NCBI GenBank assembly: GCA_963825935.1 | Contig: CAWGUN010000012.1 | Location: 5,323 to 69,322, forward strand | DNA from: an uncultured Bacteroidales bacterium | GTDB lineage: Bacteria; Bacteroidota; Bacteroidia; Bacteroidales; VadinHA17 | Length of the DNA stretch: 64,000 nt | Direction: 5' to 3' | Part shown: one piece after another, positions 1 to 8,820 of the stretch | Numbering within the stretch: position 1 is the stretch's first letter | Layout of the letters: each line of letters begins with the position of its first letter | The notes under the pieces: model-generated | The model's input: only the letters and a program-made list of their open reading frames with translations | The model's database searches: none | Told to the model about the DNA's origin: nothing | Program-made: the position numbers and the translations under genes

Positions 1-81
1 TATTTTGACAGCAGAATTTGCAGCATCTTCCCAGCTCTTAGGAGATGATGCCATGATTTCAATAACTTTAAGTACAGCCAT
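1..81 (-). CDS. Dodecin-like small protein, N-terminal 27 codons only (gene runs off the window start)
   Basis: Minus-strand ATG at 79-81 followed by MAVLKVIEIMASSPKSWEDAANSAVKI, which resembles the start of dodecin/DUF1458-type proteins. Partial and below the ORF-track cutoff. Confidence 0.4.
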   Translation of the reverse strand, partial: MAVLKVIEIMASSPKSWEDAANSAVKI

Positions 82-267
82 AATTGTTTAGTTTAAAAAT
101 TGTTTAATATTAAAAAATATTTGATTTTTTTAACTTTCCAACATATTTATTATGAGTGTAATTTACAACAAATTGTCCGGATTAACAAACTGAATAATTT
201 ATAATTTTAGTCATCTGCAGTACCAGAATTTACTTGATCCCCGGATAGATCCGTTCAAGATTACCAT

Positions 268-615
268 CTAAATTGCAGAGTTTCCGCGTTCACCGGTTCT
301 GATCCTGATACACTCTTCAAGCGGGGTTATGAAAATCTTACCATCACCAACACGGCCTTCCTCGCCGTCTGTTCTGGCTGATTTCAATATCGCGTTAACT
401 GTTATGTCAACAAATGCTTCATTTACTGCTATTTCAATTTTAATTTTCGGTATAAGATCCGGTACAATTCGCTGACCCCTGTACATCTCCTCAATTCTTT
501 GCTGCCCGTGACCGGATACCCGGCTAACTGTGATCCTGGTAATTTCTGTGGCTATCAGCGCTTCACGGACTTTGTCGAGCTGAACTTCGCGGATAATTGC
601 TGTTATAAGTTTCAT
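268..615 (-). CDS. glnK: Nitrogen regulatory protein P-II (GlnK type, linked to amt)
   Basis: ORF 268-639. The family-typical start MKLITAIIREVQLDKVREAL is at codon 9, so the start is placed at 615. It lies directly downstream of the ammonium transporter (4-nt spacer). Confidence 0.9.
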   Translation of the reverse strand: MKLITAIIREVQLDKVREALIATEITRITVSRVSGHGQQRIEEMYRGQRIVPDLIPKIKIEIAVNEAFVDITVNAILKSARTDGEEGRVGDGKIFITPLEECIRIRTGERGNSAI

Positions 616-643
616 TCCGATAATTGTTAACGTATTCATTAGA

Positions 644-1975
644 TTAACTTGGATTCAGCATTCCATATCCTCTTTCGCCATGGTAAGATCTGTCGAGTCC
701 TGCCATTTCATCATCTTCAGAGGATTTTAATTTTACTACCTTATTTAGAAGATACAGTATTATAAAAGTCATACTGGCAGCAAACAGAATTGCAACTAAG
801 ACTGCCCGGGCCTGCACACCAAGCTGGTTCCATACGGTCCATGAACTTCCGTGCGCTAGGGTAGCTTCCTGCATCCATGACTTGCGGATAAAGAAGGTAA
901 GGAAAATTGCACCAACTATTCCCCCAACGCCATGGATCCCGAATGCATCCAGGCTATCATCATACCCAAGCTTGTTTTTTAGCTGGATCGACATGTAACA
1001 TATGAAAGAGGCCAGCATTCCAAGTATCATTGCGCCATAGGGCTGAACAACGCCGGCTGCAGGGGTCACTGCGACAAGTCCGGCAAGTATACCAGAGGCA
1101 AATCCAAGGGCAGTGGCTTTGCCCTGGTGAAGAGATTCGATTATAATCCATGAAAGAGCACCTGTTGCTGCTGCAACCTGAGTAGCTGTAAGGGCCTGTG
1201 CCGTACTCAGCCCGCTTGAAATACTGCTTCCTGCATTGAATCCGAACCATCCAACCCATAGAAGCCCGGCTCCGAGCATTGTAATCACCATATTATTTGG
1301 ACGTATTACCTGGTAAGGATATCCACGGCGGGCGCCCATATACAGTGCAGCCACCAGTCCGCTTACACCTGCAGAGATATGCACCACTGTGCCTCCTGCA
1401 AAATCGATAGCGCCTCTGGCTCCCATCTTGTACAGGAAACCATCCGCAGCCCATACCCAGTGGCATAACGGATTATATACCAGAAGGCTCCATATTGCAA
1501 TGAAAAAACAATAGGCTTTGAAGGATACCCTCTCAGCAAATGCCCCGGCTATAAGAGCAGGTGTGATTATTGCAAACTTACCCTGGAACATGGAAAAGAC
1601 ATATTCGGGAATTCCGGCATCCATTATATTGTTATCGATGCCCTTAAGAAAGAAATAGTCATTGTTCCAGCCAAACCACCCGCCAAGAATGTTCTTGCCG
1701 AAACTCATTGAATACCCGGCTACGACCCATAGAACGCTGATGATCCCCATCGCAACATAACTGTGCAATATTGTTCCAAGAACGTTTTTTGAACGCACCA
1801 GACCTCCATAAAACATCGCAAGCCCCGGAATCATAAGTAGTACAAGCGCTGTCGATGTCAGCATCCAGGCAGTCGCTCCCGAATCAATAGTTTTGCCATC
1901 AGAAGCAAATAATCCAGTTATGTTCACAAACATAAACAGCAGTGACAGAATAATTTTTTTAAATTTCTTAGTCAT
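644..1975 (-). CDS. amtB: Ammonium transporter (Amt family)
   Basis: 443 aa, signal-like N-terminus and about 11 TM segments. Amt-typical stretches DFAGGTVVHISAG and GFNAGS; operon with P-II. Confidence 0.93.
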   Translation of the reverse strand: MTKKFKKIILSLLFMFVNITGLFASDGKTIDSGATAWMLTSTALVLLMIPGLAMFYGGLVRSKNVLGTILHSYVAMGIISVLWVVAGYSMSFGKNILGGWFGWNNDYFFLKGIDNNIMDAGIPEYVFSMFQGKFAIITPALIAGAFAERVSFKAYCFFIAIWSLLVYNPLCHWVWAADGFLYKMGARGAIDFAGGTVVHISAGVSGLVAALYMGARRGYPYQVIRPNNMVITMLGAGLLWVGWFGFNAGSSISSGLSTAQALTATQVAAATGALSWIIIESLHQGKATALGFASGILAGLVAVTPAAGVVQPYGAMILGMLASFICYMSIQLKNKLGYDDSLDAFGIHGVGGIVGAIFLTFFIRKSWMQEATLAHGSSWTVWNQLGVQARAVLVAILFAASMTFIILYLLNKVVKLKSSEDDEMAGLDRSYHGERGYGMLNPS

Positions 1976-2015
1976 TAATTAATATCTCTAATTGCATTTT
2001 TGATTGGTTTCGTTG

Positions 2016-2023
2016 CAAACATA
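2016..2023 (-). promoter_or_regulatory. Candidate Bacteroidota -7 box (TATGTTTG on the minus strand) for amtB-glnK
   Basis: The plus strand reads CAAACATA, which matches TAnnTTTG on the coding strand. It lies 41-48 nt upstream of the amtB ATG. Confidence 0.35.
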
Positions 2024-2372
2024 TATATTTTTAGGGGTATCTTCATATATTTATATATTATTTTATATATTACCCTATATTTTATAGGGCATATATTATT
2101 TTTTATATATTATTTAGTACTATACCCCCATTTTTTTAGAGGTTAATTGATTTTTATAATTATTACAGAATGCTTTGAAAAATGATTTTTCCGGCTGCAA
2201 TTCAACTTGTGTGCGTTACAAATATCAGAACGCGTCCTGGAGGTTAAATGATTCCCCCACAGCCTTATTGGAATTAAATAAATAATTATAAATAAACAGA
2301 GACCCCTAATATGAAGTCCCTGTTTACAATTAATTAATATTTTACCACTGTTTGTCTGGACGCAATGAAAAG

Positions 2373-3311
2373 TTATTCAACTGAAGCTTTTATCATTGAC
2401 AAATTTGTCTCAAGGCCATCGAGGTAAATAAGCACCCAGGCAAGATTATTTCCAGATACATACCTGATTGTCCAGTCAGGTTCACTACCAATCTTTTCAG
2501 TCAGTCCCAGTATTGCTGGCAGTGCCTTTGCTGTCGACTCATAGCCCTTGCTCTGTTCCATAAGAGAAACCAGCTCTTTAAGAGCTGTTTGAAGCCTGTC
2601 ACCCGGCTCTGATTCTCCGCTATTCGCCAGCGCAGCCATAGGAATGTTTGGATTTTCAGGATAGAGCAAATTCCCCGGATTTTTCTTCCATTGTTCCCGC
2701 GTTAATTTTTGATTTTTTAATATCAGATCCTGATAATTATTGACGATTATCAATACCTCATCAATTTTTGCATTTACAGCCGATTCCTTGCCAATGACAG
2801 GGAGATTAGCCATCGCTGCTTCAACATTAACATAATTTCTTGATATTTTATAACTGTCATCAATGGTGCTTTTCGAGACATTCAGCGCAAGAAGTGCTGA
2901 AAAAACTGAGTTAAGAGCGAGTAAAAGCAATACAAAAACAGTATTGTAAGTGTTGAAATTCTTGTTTTTCGAAGTAACCACCAGAAAAACCGGAAGAAAT
3001 ACGACGTAAGGAAATGGAAGTGCAATAATTAATCCAAGTCCAGCATGCGGCCAATGCATTATTTTAAAAAGCATTGCAGTGAAAACGACAAAACATGTAA
3101 TATAGGTTACAATATAAAGCAACCTGTTCTTACTGTTTCCTTCAGTCTTGTAATTATTTATCAATGCAGCCGGAAGGAATAGCAGTAAAAGGATAAGGGT
3201 TCCGGAAATCAGTAAAATTGCTGCACAGGGCCAATGTTCTACTTTGAATATTGCACCTGTAGCCATTATCATAGCTGCTGCCACTCCGGGAATATATATC
3301 TTTTGTTTCAT
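2373..3311 (-). CDS. Membrane protein with two GldL-like FK[IV]xHWP hairpins, a GldM-like TM helix (ALLALNVSK) and an extracytoplasmic helical domain
   Basis: ORF 2373-3365. The likely start MKQKIYIPG is at 3311, 23 nt after the stop of the upstream gene. Motifs IFKVEHWPCAA and LFKIMHWPHAG sit between hydrophobic helices, followed by LLLALNSVFSALLALNVSKSTIDD and about 170 aa of non-hydrophobic sequence. Confidence 0.75.
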   Translation of the reverse strand: MKQKIYIPGVAAAMIMATGAIFKVEHWPCAAILLISGTLILLLLFLPAALINNYKTEGNSKNRLLYIVTYITCFVVFTAMLFKIMHWPHAGLGLIIALPFPYVVFLPVFLVVTSKNKNFNTYNTVFVLLLLALNSVFSALLALNVSKSTIDDSYKISRNYVNVEAAMANLPVIGKESAVNAKIDEVLIIVNNYQDLILKNQKLTREQWKKNPGNLLYPENPNIPMAALANSGESEPGDRLQTALKELVSLMEQSKGYESTAKALPAILGLTEKIGSEPDWTIRYVSGNNLAWVLIYLDGLETNLSMIKASVE

Positions 3312-3334
3312 GGTTTTTTGAATTAAAGTGATTA

Positions 3335-4768
3335 TTAATGTTTTGCAACTTGTTTTAAAACACATGATTCAACGGTAAGCAATCCGTTTTTCATAATCTC
3401 AAGGGAATGAAGCGCTGTCATTAATGACATTTCACCACTGCCGGAATTCTCCATGGACAGGTATGTTGACGGTTCTAAAAGATTCTTATATCTGATGAGA
3501 TCTTCCCCGGGAATAATTCCGGTCAGATAATCCAGGTATTCTGCCATTGCAATATTAATATTCTGGCGTGATGCACAGCCGGGTAAAAGAAAATCCTTTG
3601 CAGGGTTGATATCGAATGGCTTTGAAAGTTTATTGTAGATTATTTCCTGTCCGGTCTCAGTCTGGCTGATCTGAGCAGAACTCACGGCCGGATTGCCGGG
3701 TTCACCTTCTGATTCCTGTACCATCTTCTCCTGGATATTGCTGATAACTGCAAGCACCCCGGTGGTTCTGGTATGAAGCTGGAACAGTTTCGGGTAGGTC
3801 AATGAATCTTGTAACCTTATGACAAGGGAATTGTTATTCATGCATAAATAATTGTACATGGCAGTCTGCTGATTATTATTAGGATAATACTGGTTCAGGT
3901 AGGAGCGCTGCAGGCTCAGGTTTAGCAGAGCACTGGGAACTATCAGTAAAATAACTCCTATGACCATGTAAATGAACCTGGAACTGATATGACTCTCATC
4001 CTTCCAGGTAATCCGGGTAAACCATGGAAATGCCACAATGCATAACAGGACCAGCCCGAAGAGCATGGAAATAGTTGCCAGGGGCCAGTGCTGAATTTTA
4101 AAGAACACGCCTGCAATAATAAGTGCACAACCAGCTGAACCAATAATATAAACAGATCTTTTAGCCTTTGTTTCCGGGTCATTCAATCTGTCTATCAGCA
4201 GTGCAGGGATAAATAAAAGAATACCTGAAAATACTCCAAGTAACAAAAAAGAACCTGCTCCTGGCCAATGCTGAATCTTAAAAAGAGTACCGGCAATAAA
4301 GCATATTCCGGCCACGAATGCCGAAATGAAGAGGAATATTCTCTTTTTGTTGCGGGTCTCTTTCCAGAGAACTACAAGGGCTGAAGGTAAAAAAACAAAA
4401 GCCAGAACCAAAGCCCCAAGTGTTATCAGGATCCCTGCACCCGGCCAGTGCATGATCTTGAATATTGAAGCGAAGCCGAACATAATAGTTCCTGCGACGC
4501 CCGAAATTTTCATAGTGTTTTTCATTTTTCTGTATTTTGAATCAACTGCATAAAGTGTCTCTTCCTGGATTTCTTTAAGCCTGCGGGATCCCATTTTCTG
4601 CTTTACCCTGCGATATGCTTCAGAGAAAGATAATCCGTTCTGCATCTCATTTTCCACATCACAGCATATGTGATCGATAAGGTCGTCAAGAAGATGAGAA
4701 AATGTAATCTCCTGCTTGCTTACATCACGGCTGATCTGGTCAATATTCTGCAGACTTATTTCAGGCAT
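3335..4768 (-). CDS. PadR-coupled membrane protein: helical cytoplasmic N-module, three GldL-like FKIxHWP hairpins, a GldM-like TM helix and a periplasmic domain
   Basis: 477 aa. The start overlaps the padR stop by 8 nt. FKIMHWPGAG, FKIQHWPGAG and FKIQHWPLAT occur at aa 103, 163 and 223 (exact 60-aa period). These are followed by LIVPSALLNLSLQRSY and about 190 aa of soluble region. Confidence 0.8.
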   Translation of the reverse strand: MPEISLQNIDQISRDVSKQEITFSHLLDDLIDHICCDVENEMQNGLSFSEAYRRVKQKMGSRRLKEIQEETLYAVDSKYRKMKNTMKISGVAGTIMFGFASIFKIMHWPGAGILITLGALVLAFVFLPSALVVLWKETRNKKRIFLFISAFVAGICFIAGTLFKIQHWPGAGSFLLLGVFSGILLFIPALLIDRLNDPETKAKRSVYIIGSAGCALIIAGVFFKIQHWPLATISMLFGLVLLCIVAFPWFTRITWKDESHISSRFIYMVIGVILLIVPSALLNLSLQRSYLNQYYPNNNQQTAMYNYLCMNNNSLVIRLQDSLTYPKLFQLHTRTTGVLAVISNIQEKMVQESEGEPGNPAVSSAQISQTETGQEIIYNKLSKPFDINPAKDFLLPGCASRQNINIAMAEYLDYLTGIIPGEDLIRYKNLLEPSTYLSMENSGSGEMSLMTALHSLEIMKNGLLTVESCVLKQVAKH

Positions 4769-5105
4769 AGCTCAGTCCTGTTTTTGGTTCAATAATCCGT
4801 TGAAGCGATCCAATGAACTCGTTAAGCTCTTTGATTTTTTCTGCAACAACGGAATGTCCCTTTGGGGTAAGGGCGTAGTAAATTCGCATCCGGTTATTGA
4901 ATATTTCAGAAGCGGTAACAAGTATTTTTTCTTTTTCAAGTTTATGAAGTACCGGGTAAAGGGCGCCGTAGGTAAGTTTTATTTTACCCCTGGTTATTTC
5001 CTCGCATTTCTGTGTAATAGCATAGCCGTGCATAGGGCCATTTTCTTCAAGGATTTTAAGAACTATAGTCTTTAAGGATCCCTTGATCAGGTCTGAATGT
5101 ATCAT
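4761..5105 (-). CDS. PadR family transcriptional regulator
   Basis: 114 aa. LKGSLKTIVLKILEENGPMHGYAITQKCEEITRGKIKLTYGALYPVLHKLEKEKIL is a typical PadR winged-helix sequence. Confidence 0.9.
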   Translation of the reverse strand: MIHSDLIKGSLKTIVLKILEENGPMHGYAITQKCEEITRGKIKLTYGALYPVLHKLEKEKILVTASEIFNNRMRIYYALTPKGHSVVAEKIKELNEFIGSLQRIIEPKTGLSYA

Positions 5106-5137
5106 ACTTTTATAATATTTAAGATGCTTATATATTA

Positions 5138-5145
5138 CAAATGTA
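5138..5145 (-). promoter_or_regulatory. Candidate -7 box (TACATTTG) for the padR operon
   Basis: The plus strand reads CAAATGTA, 33-40 nt upstream of the padR ATG (5105). Confidence 0.35.
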
Positions 5146-5162
5146 AAATATTATTTTTTACA
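5142..5162. promoter_or_regulatory. Perfect 7-7-7 inverted repeat TGTAAAA-N7-TTTTACA overlapping the padR -7 box (candidate PadR operator)
   Basis: Read directly: tgtaaaa (5142-5148), tattatt, ttttaca (5156-5162). A second small palindrome, ttaca-aa-tgtaa, lies at 5135-5146. Confidence 0.4.
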
Positions 5163-5281
5163 AATACAAATATTTTGATGAATATTTTCAAAATAGAGGA
5201 TAGTCCTCCCTGTCACCCGGAATTAAGTATATAGAAATGATGAGTCTCATTCCCGGAAATAACTTTATATTTAAAATAAAA

Positions 5282-5962
5282 ATGACACCTGAAATCATCA
5301 TCCATAACTCCATCAGCCTTGATGGTTCACTTACAGGATTTGTGCCTGATATGAGCCTGCATTATTCAATTGCCGGAAGTTATAATCCTAATGCTCATCT
5401 TATTGGAGCTGATACAATCATTTCAGGAATAGAGATGTTCGGAGAGGGAATTCCGGTTGAGTCACTTTCAGATTTTAAACAACCTCAGAGGGATGAGACT
5501 CTTCCATACTGGGTTTTAATCGATTCCCGTGGCAGACTTAAAGGGATGCTTCACACCTGTCGCAGGTTTGAATATTGCCGCGACGTCATAATCCTTATCT
5601 CCAAAAACACACCCTCTGATTATATTGCTCATATTAGAAAAAGGAATTACAGATATATAATTACCGGGCATGATAAGGTCGATATTAAGTCTGGTTTAGA
5701 TTTACTGAACGAACAGTTCAACATTAACAGGATACTGACTGATACCGGCAGAGTTCTTGGGAACATTTTATTAAACCAGGGACTGGTAAATGAAATAAGT
5801 CTTCTTGTTCATCCGGTAATAGTCGGAGACAAATGTTATCCAATGTTTTCGAATATCAAAACACTCCAGCATCTTAAACAAAAAGAAATGCAAAATTATG
5901 AAAATGGCTGTACCTGGATTGCTTACAAAGTCGGTAATTCAGAAATAAGTCATAGAGATTGA
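5282..5962 (+). CDS. RibD C-terminal domain / dihydrofolate-reductase-like reductase family protein
   Basis: ORF 5237-5962. The likely start is MTPEIIIHNSISLDGSLTGF. The pattern is typical of pyrimidine reductase/RibD_C proteins. Confidence 0.7.
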   Translation: MTPEIIIHNSISLDGSLTGFVPDMSLHYSIAGSYNPNAHLIGADTIISGIEMFGEGIPVESLSDFKQPQRDETLPYWVLIDSRGRLKGMLHTCRRFEYCRDVIILISKNTPSDYIAHIRKRNYRYIITGHDKVDIKSGLDLLNEQFNINRILTDTGRVLGNILLNQGLVNEISLLVHPVIVGDKCYPMFSNIKTLQHLKQKEMQNYENGCTWIAYKVGNSEISHRD

Positions 5963-6799
5963 TTACAAATCAGCATTGAAAGTATCGCCCTGCTCAAAAT
6001 TTCCTGAGGTGTACCCTTTGCGGAACCATTCTTTGCGTTGTGCTGATGTGCCATGTGTAAATGAGTCAGGAATTACACGTCCCTGGTATTTCCCCTGTAG
6101 ATTGTCATCGCCGACAGCTGCAGCTGCGTTCATGGCTTCCTCAATATCGCCTGCTTCGAGAGTATTGAGCATTGTTTCGGCATAGTGTGCCCACATGCCT
6201 GCCAGGAAGTCGGCCTGGAGCTCAGTGCGCACAGAAAGCTCATTCGACCTAGTCTCGCTGACACGAGATCTCTGGGAATTTACCTTTTCGAGTATCCCGA
6301 GTTGATTCTGAACATGATGCCCTATCTCATGAGAAATGACATATGCAATTGCAAAATCGCCATAGGCTCCGAATTTTGTCTTTAGCTGATCGCAGAAGGC
6401 GAGATCAATATAAACCTTTTCATCTCCCGGACAGTAAAACGGACCACTGGCAGCACTTGCATAACCGCAGGCCGATTGAACCTGGTCCCTGAAAAGAACA
6501 AGTACCGGCTGCCTGTAAGTTGAGCCAGACTCTTCAAAAATCTTTCCCCATACTGTTTCGGTATCTTTTAAAACCACCGAAACAAATGTTGCCAGCTGAT
6601 CTTCTTCTTCCGTTGTAGCGACCTGCTCGGTCTCAGTACCCCCTGTGTTGTTCAGGAGGGATGACGGGTCTCCTCCCAAAAGCAAAACCACGAGAACAAT
6701 TACAATTGTCCCGATACCACCTCCGATTGCCATTTTCCCACCTGACATCCCACGACGATCTTCGACATTGTCGCTGCCTTGTCTGCCTTGCCATTTCAT
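5963..6799 (-). CDS. YpfJ-family neutral zinc metallopeptidase
   Basis: N-terminus MKWQGRQGSDNVEDRRG, one TM helix, and an HEIGHH zinc motif. Confidence 0.85.
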   Translation of the reverse strand: MKWQGRQGSDNVEDRRGMSGGKMAIGGGIGTIVIVLVVLLLGGDPSSLLNNTGGTETEQVATTEEEDQLATFVSVVLKDTETVWGKIFEESGSTYRQPVLVLFRDQVQSACGYASAASGPFYCPGDEKVYIDLAFCDQLKTKFGAYGDFAIAYVISHEIGHHVQNQLGILEKVNSQRSRVSETRSNELSVRTELQADFLAGMWAHYAETMLNTLEAGDIEEAMNAAAAVGDDNLQGKYQGRVIPDSFTHGTSAQRKEWFRKGYTSGNFEQGDTFNADL

Positions 6800-6954
6800 A
6801 ATAAAAGTCTTTAGTTGATAATCAGGTTTGTTATTGCAAAACTAGTTTTTTTAGTCCAAAGATTAACATTGTTAAACCATAAATGAACTTGCCGGATTTA
6901 ATGGTTCTGAATAATCAGTTTTTGACTGATATTTTTCCAAAGCCCGAGATTAGG

Positions 6955-7995
6955 TTAACGGCGTGTTGGTTTAAGATTAATTATTACTGGTTTATCCCTG
7001 TTACAGAGTATCTGTCCATTTTCATATTCGAGTTCGGCAACCTGAATAGCAGTTCTTCTTGTGCGTGAGAAATCGTTGATATTCTGATACCCTTTAGCCT
7101 GCCCAAAATGTGTAAAATAGAAAATATAGGCTCTGCCATCATTTACGACTATACCGGGATGCTGGCCAATTACCTGATCATCAGGCCCCGTACCTGGTAT
7201 CTGGAGAATATTATTCCCCTGACGTTCCCAGTTAACGAAGTCGTCGGAGGAGTAAATACCCAAACCTTTCCAATTATCGACTGCCATCCATGTCTTTCCT
7301 TTCCAGTAAAAAACATTGGGCCCTTCTCCTGCCTGGTCGCCAATAACTTTTTTCCCGCTGTTTGTCCAGTTATAAAGGTCAGGACTATCAGCATAATAAA
7401 TTGATTTATTGTCAGATTCATTGTTATAATACATTCTCCATGTTCCATCTTGAAGTCGGAAAACACATGCATCAATGCATTTTTCAGAAGCAAGGGTTAG
7501 TTTGGACTCGAAATCCCAGTTAATGAGGTTCTTGCTTGTAAGATGTATGATCCACCGTGGATGGTTCCAGTCATTAAAAATGCCCGGGACATATGTAAGA
7601 TACATATGGTATAAACCTTTGTTTTCAATTACCTCAGGTGCCCAGTGGGTATAATTTACATCGGGACGGTAACGGATATCACATGTGTCGCGGTATTTCC
7701 ATGTGGCACCGCCATCTGACGATTCTGCAATCCCTATCCGTGTACCATGAACCCAGCTTACACCATTTAGCCCCGGCGCACTTGCACGACGGTTAGTATA
7801 GAACATGAACCATTTCTTTTCTTTTCTGTTCCAAATAACTGTCGGATCGGCGGCGCCATCATAGACAGGATCGTGGTAAAGGGGTTTAGCGGCTGGTTTT
7901 CCCTGGTTCCTGTTCTGTGATAATAAAACAGCAGGTACCGATATGAATATTAATAACAGGAAGCATAGTTTCCGTTTCATTGAGTTGCTATTCAT
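6955..7995 (-). CDS. Secreted five-bladed beta-propeller glycoside hydrolase (GH43-like)
   Basis: Signal peptide, then DPTVIWNRKEKKWFMFYT, WAPEVIENKGLYHMYLTY and IDACVFRLQDGTWRMYY blade-like repeats. The family assignment is approximate. Confidence 0.6.
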   Translation of the reverse strand: MNSNSMKRKLCFLLLIFISVPAVLLSQNRNQGKPAAKPLYHDPVYDGAADPTVIWNRKEKKWFMFYTNRRASAPGLNGVSWVHGTRIGIAESSDGGATWKYRDTCDIRYRPDVNYTHWAPEVIENKGLYHMYLTYVPGIFNDWNHPRWIIHLTSKNLINWDFESKLTLASEKCIDACVFRLQDGTWRMYYNNESDNKSIYYADSPDLYNWTNSGKKVIGDQAGEGPNVFYWKGKTWMAVDNWKGLGIYSSDDFVNWERQGNNILQIPGTGPDDQVIGQHPGIVVNDGRAYIFYFTHFGQAKGYQNINDFSRTRRTAIQVAELEYENGQILCNRDKPVIINLKPTRR

Positions 7996-8150
7996 TTTTG
8001 TCAGTCTATACGTTCCAGATCATGCTTAATGGATTTTAAAATGTGAACAGGATCCGGCATTCCATTTATTACATAAGGCTTGTGTCCCTGCTGTTCATTA
8101 ATTATTTCTTAGCAACGATCCTTCTTATCTCTGTATCTCCCGGATAAGTA

Positions 8151-8603
8151 CTAAAGCAGTGTACTGGAATGTTTTTCGAGATTAATATTTTTCTTTTTTG
8201 AATAGCCGATCAAAAATTCATAAACCTCTTTTTTCTGTTCCCGCTCCATGAAACCAAGATTCAGCTTCAATGGTTTTATCGATTTCTGATATATTACAAT
8301 CTTCGTCCTTTCAAGACTTATCTTATCAATTCTTGAATCATGGATCTGCACCGGCATTATCCTGTTCATCCATTTGATAATTATGAAATTATCGCCAGTT
8401 TTGAACCATGATCTCTCAAGGCCAAATCCATTTGTAAGCTGATAAAAACCGTAGAATAAGAAAAAGAAGCCTGTAATTGGATATATTATTTTCTTCGATT
8501 CCAGTGATGTGATAAACCAGATTATAGCTGTTATAATCAAAAATATTCCAAGCCCACGTCTGATCATCATAAAGCTTTTGTTCCTGATCTCAAAATGTTC
8601 CAT
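8151..8603 (-). CDS. Small membrane protein, unknown function
   Basis: 150 aa with two N-terminal TM helices. No recognisable motif. Confidence 0.55.
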   Translation of the reverse strand: MEHFEIRNKSFMMIRRGLGIFLIITAIIWFITSLESKKIIYPITGFFFLFYGFYQLTNGFGLERSWFKTGDNFIIIKWMNRIMPVQIHDSRIDKISLERTKIVIYQKSIKPLKLNLGFMEREQKKEVYEFLIGYSKKKNINLEKHSSTLL

Positions 8604-8768
8604 TATAAATATCTTATTATTGGTTTGGGTACAAATAAGTTAATAATTAATAAAGTTACTAATAATTGATTTAAGTTATAAAATTTTAATCACAACCTGG
8701 CATTAGGATGGTTCAATACTTTTATTTAAAATTCTTTGAAATTATTTGCATTTATAAAAAATCTATTC

Positions 8769-8776
8769 TAATTTTG
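8769..8776 (+). promoter_or_regulatory. Candidate -7 box TAATTTTG for the TetR/efflux operon
   Basis: Exact TAnnTTTG, 45 nt upstream of the tetR-family ATG (8821). Confidence 0.4.
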
Positions 8777-8782
8777 ACCATT

Positions 8783-8815
8783 TGGTTAATCTTATTGGTT
8801 AAACCTTATGGTTAA
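8783..8815 (+). promoter_or_regulatory. Three direct TGGTTAA repeats at 13-bp spacing between the -7 box and the start codon (candidate operator)
   Basis: TGGTTAA occurs at 8783, 8796 and 8809. Flanks are also similar (tttggttaatc / tattggttaaac / ttatggttaaga). Confidence 0.4.
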
Positions 8816-8820
8816 GATTT

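Noticed and set aside
960-1259. 99-aa minus-strand ORF in an alternative frame inside amtB
   Set aside because: It is an out-of-frame overlap with a conserved transporter gene. It is Cys/Arg-rich and has no family resemblance.
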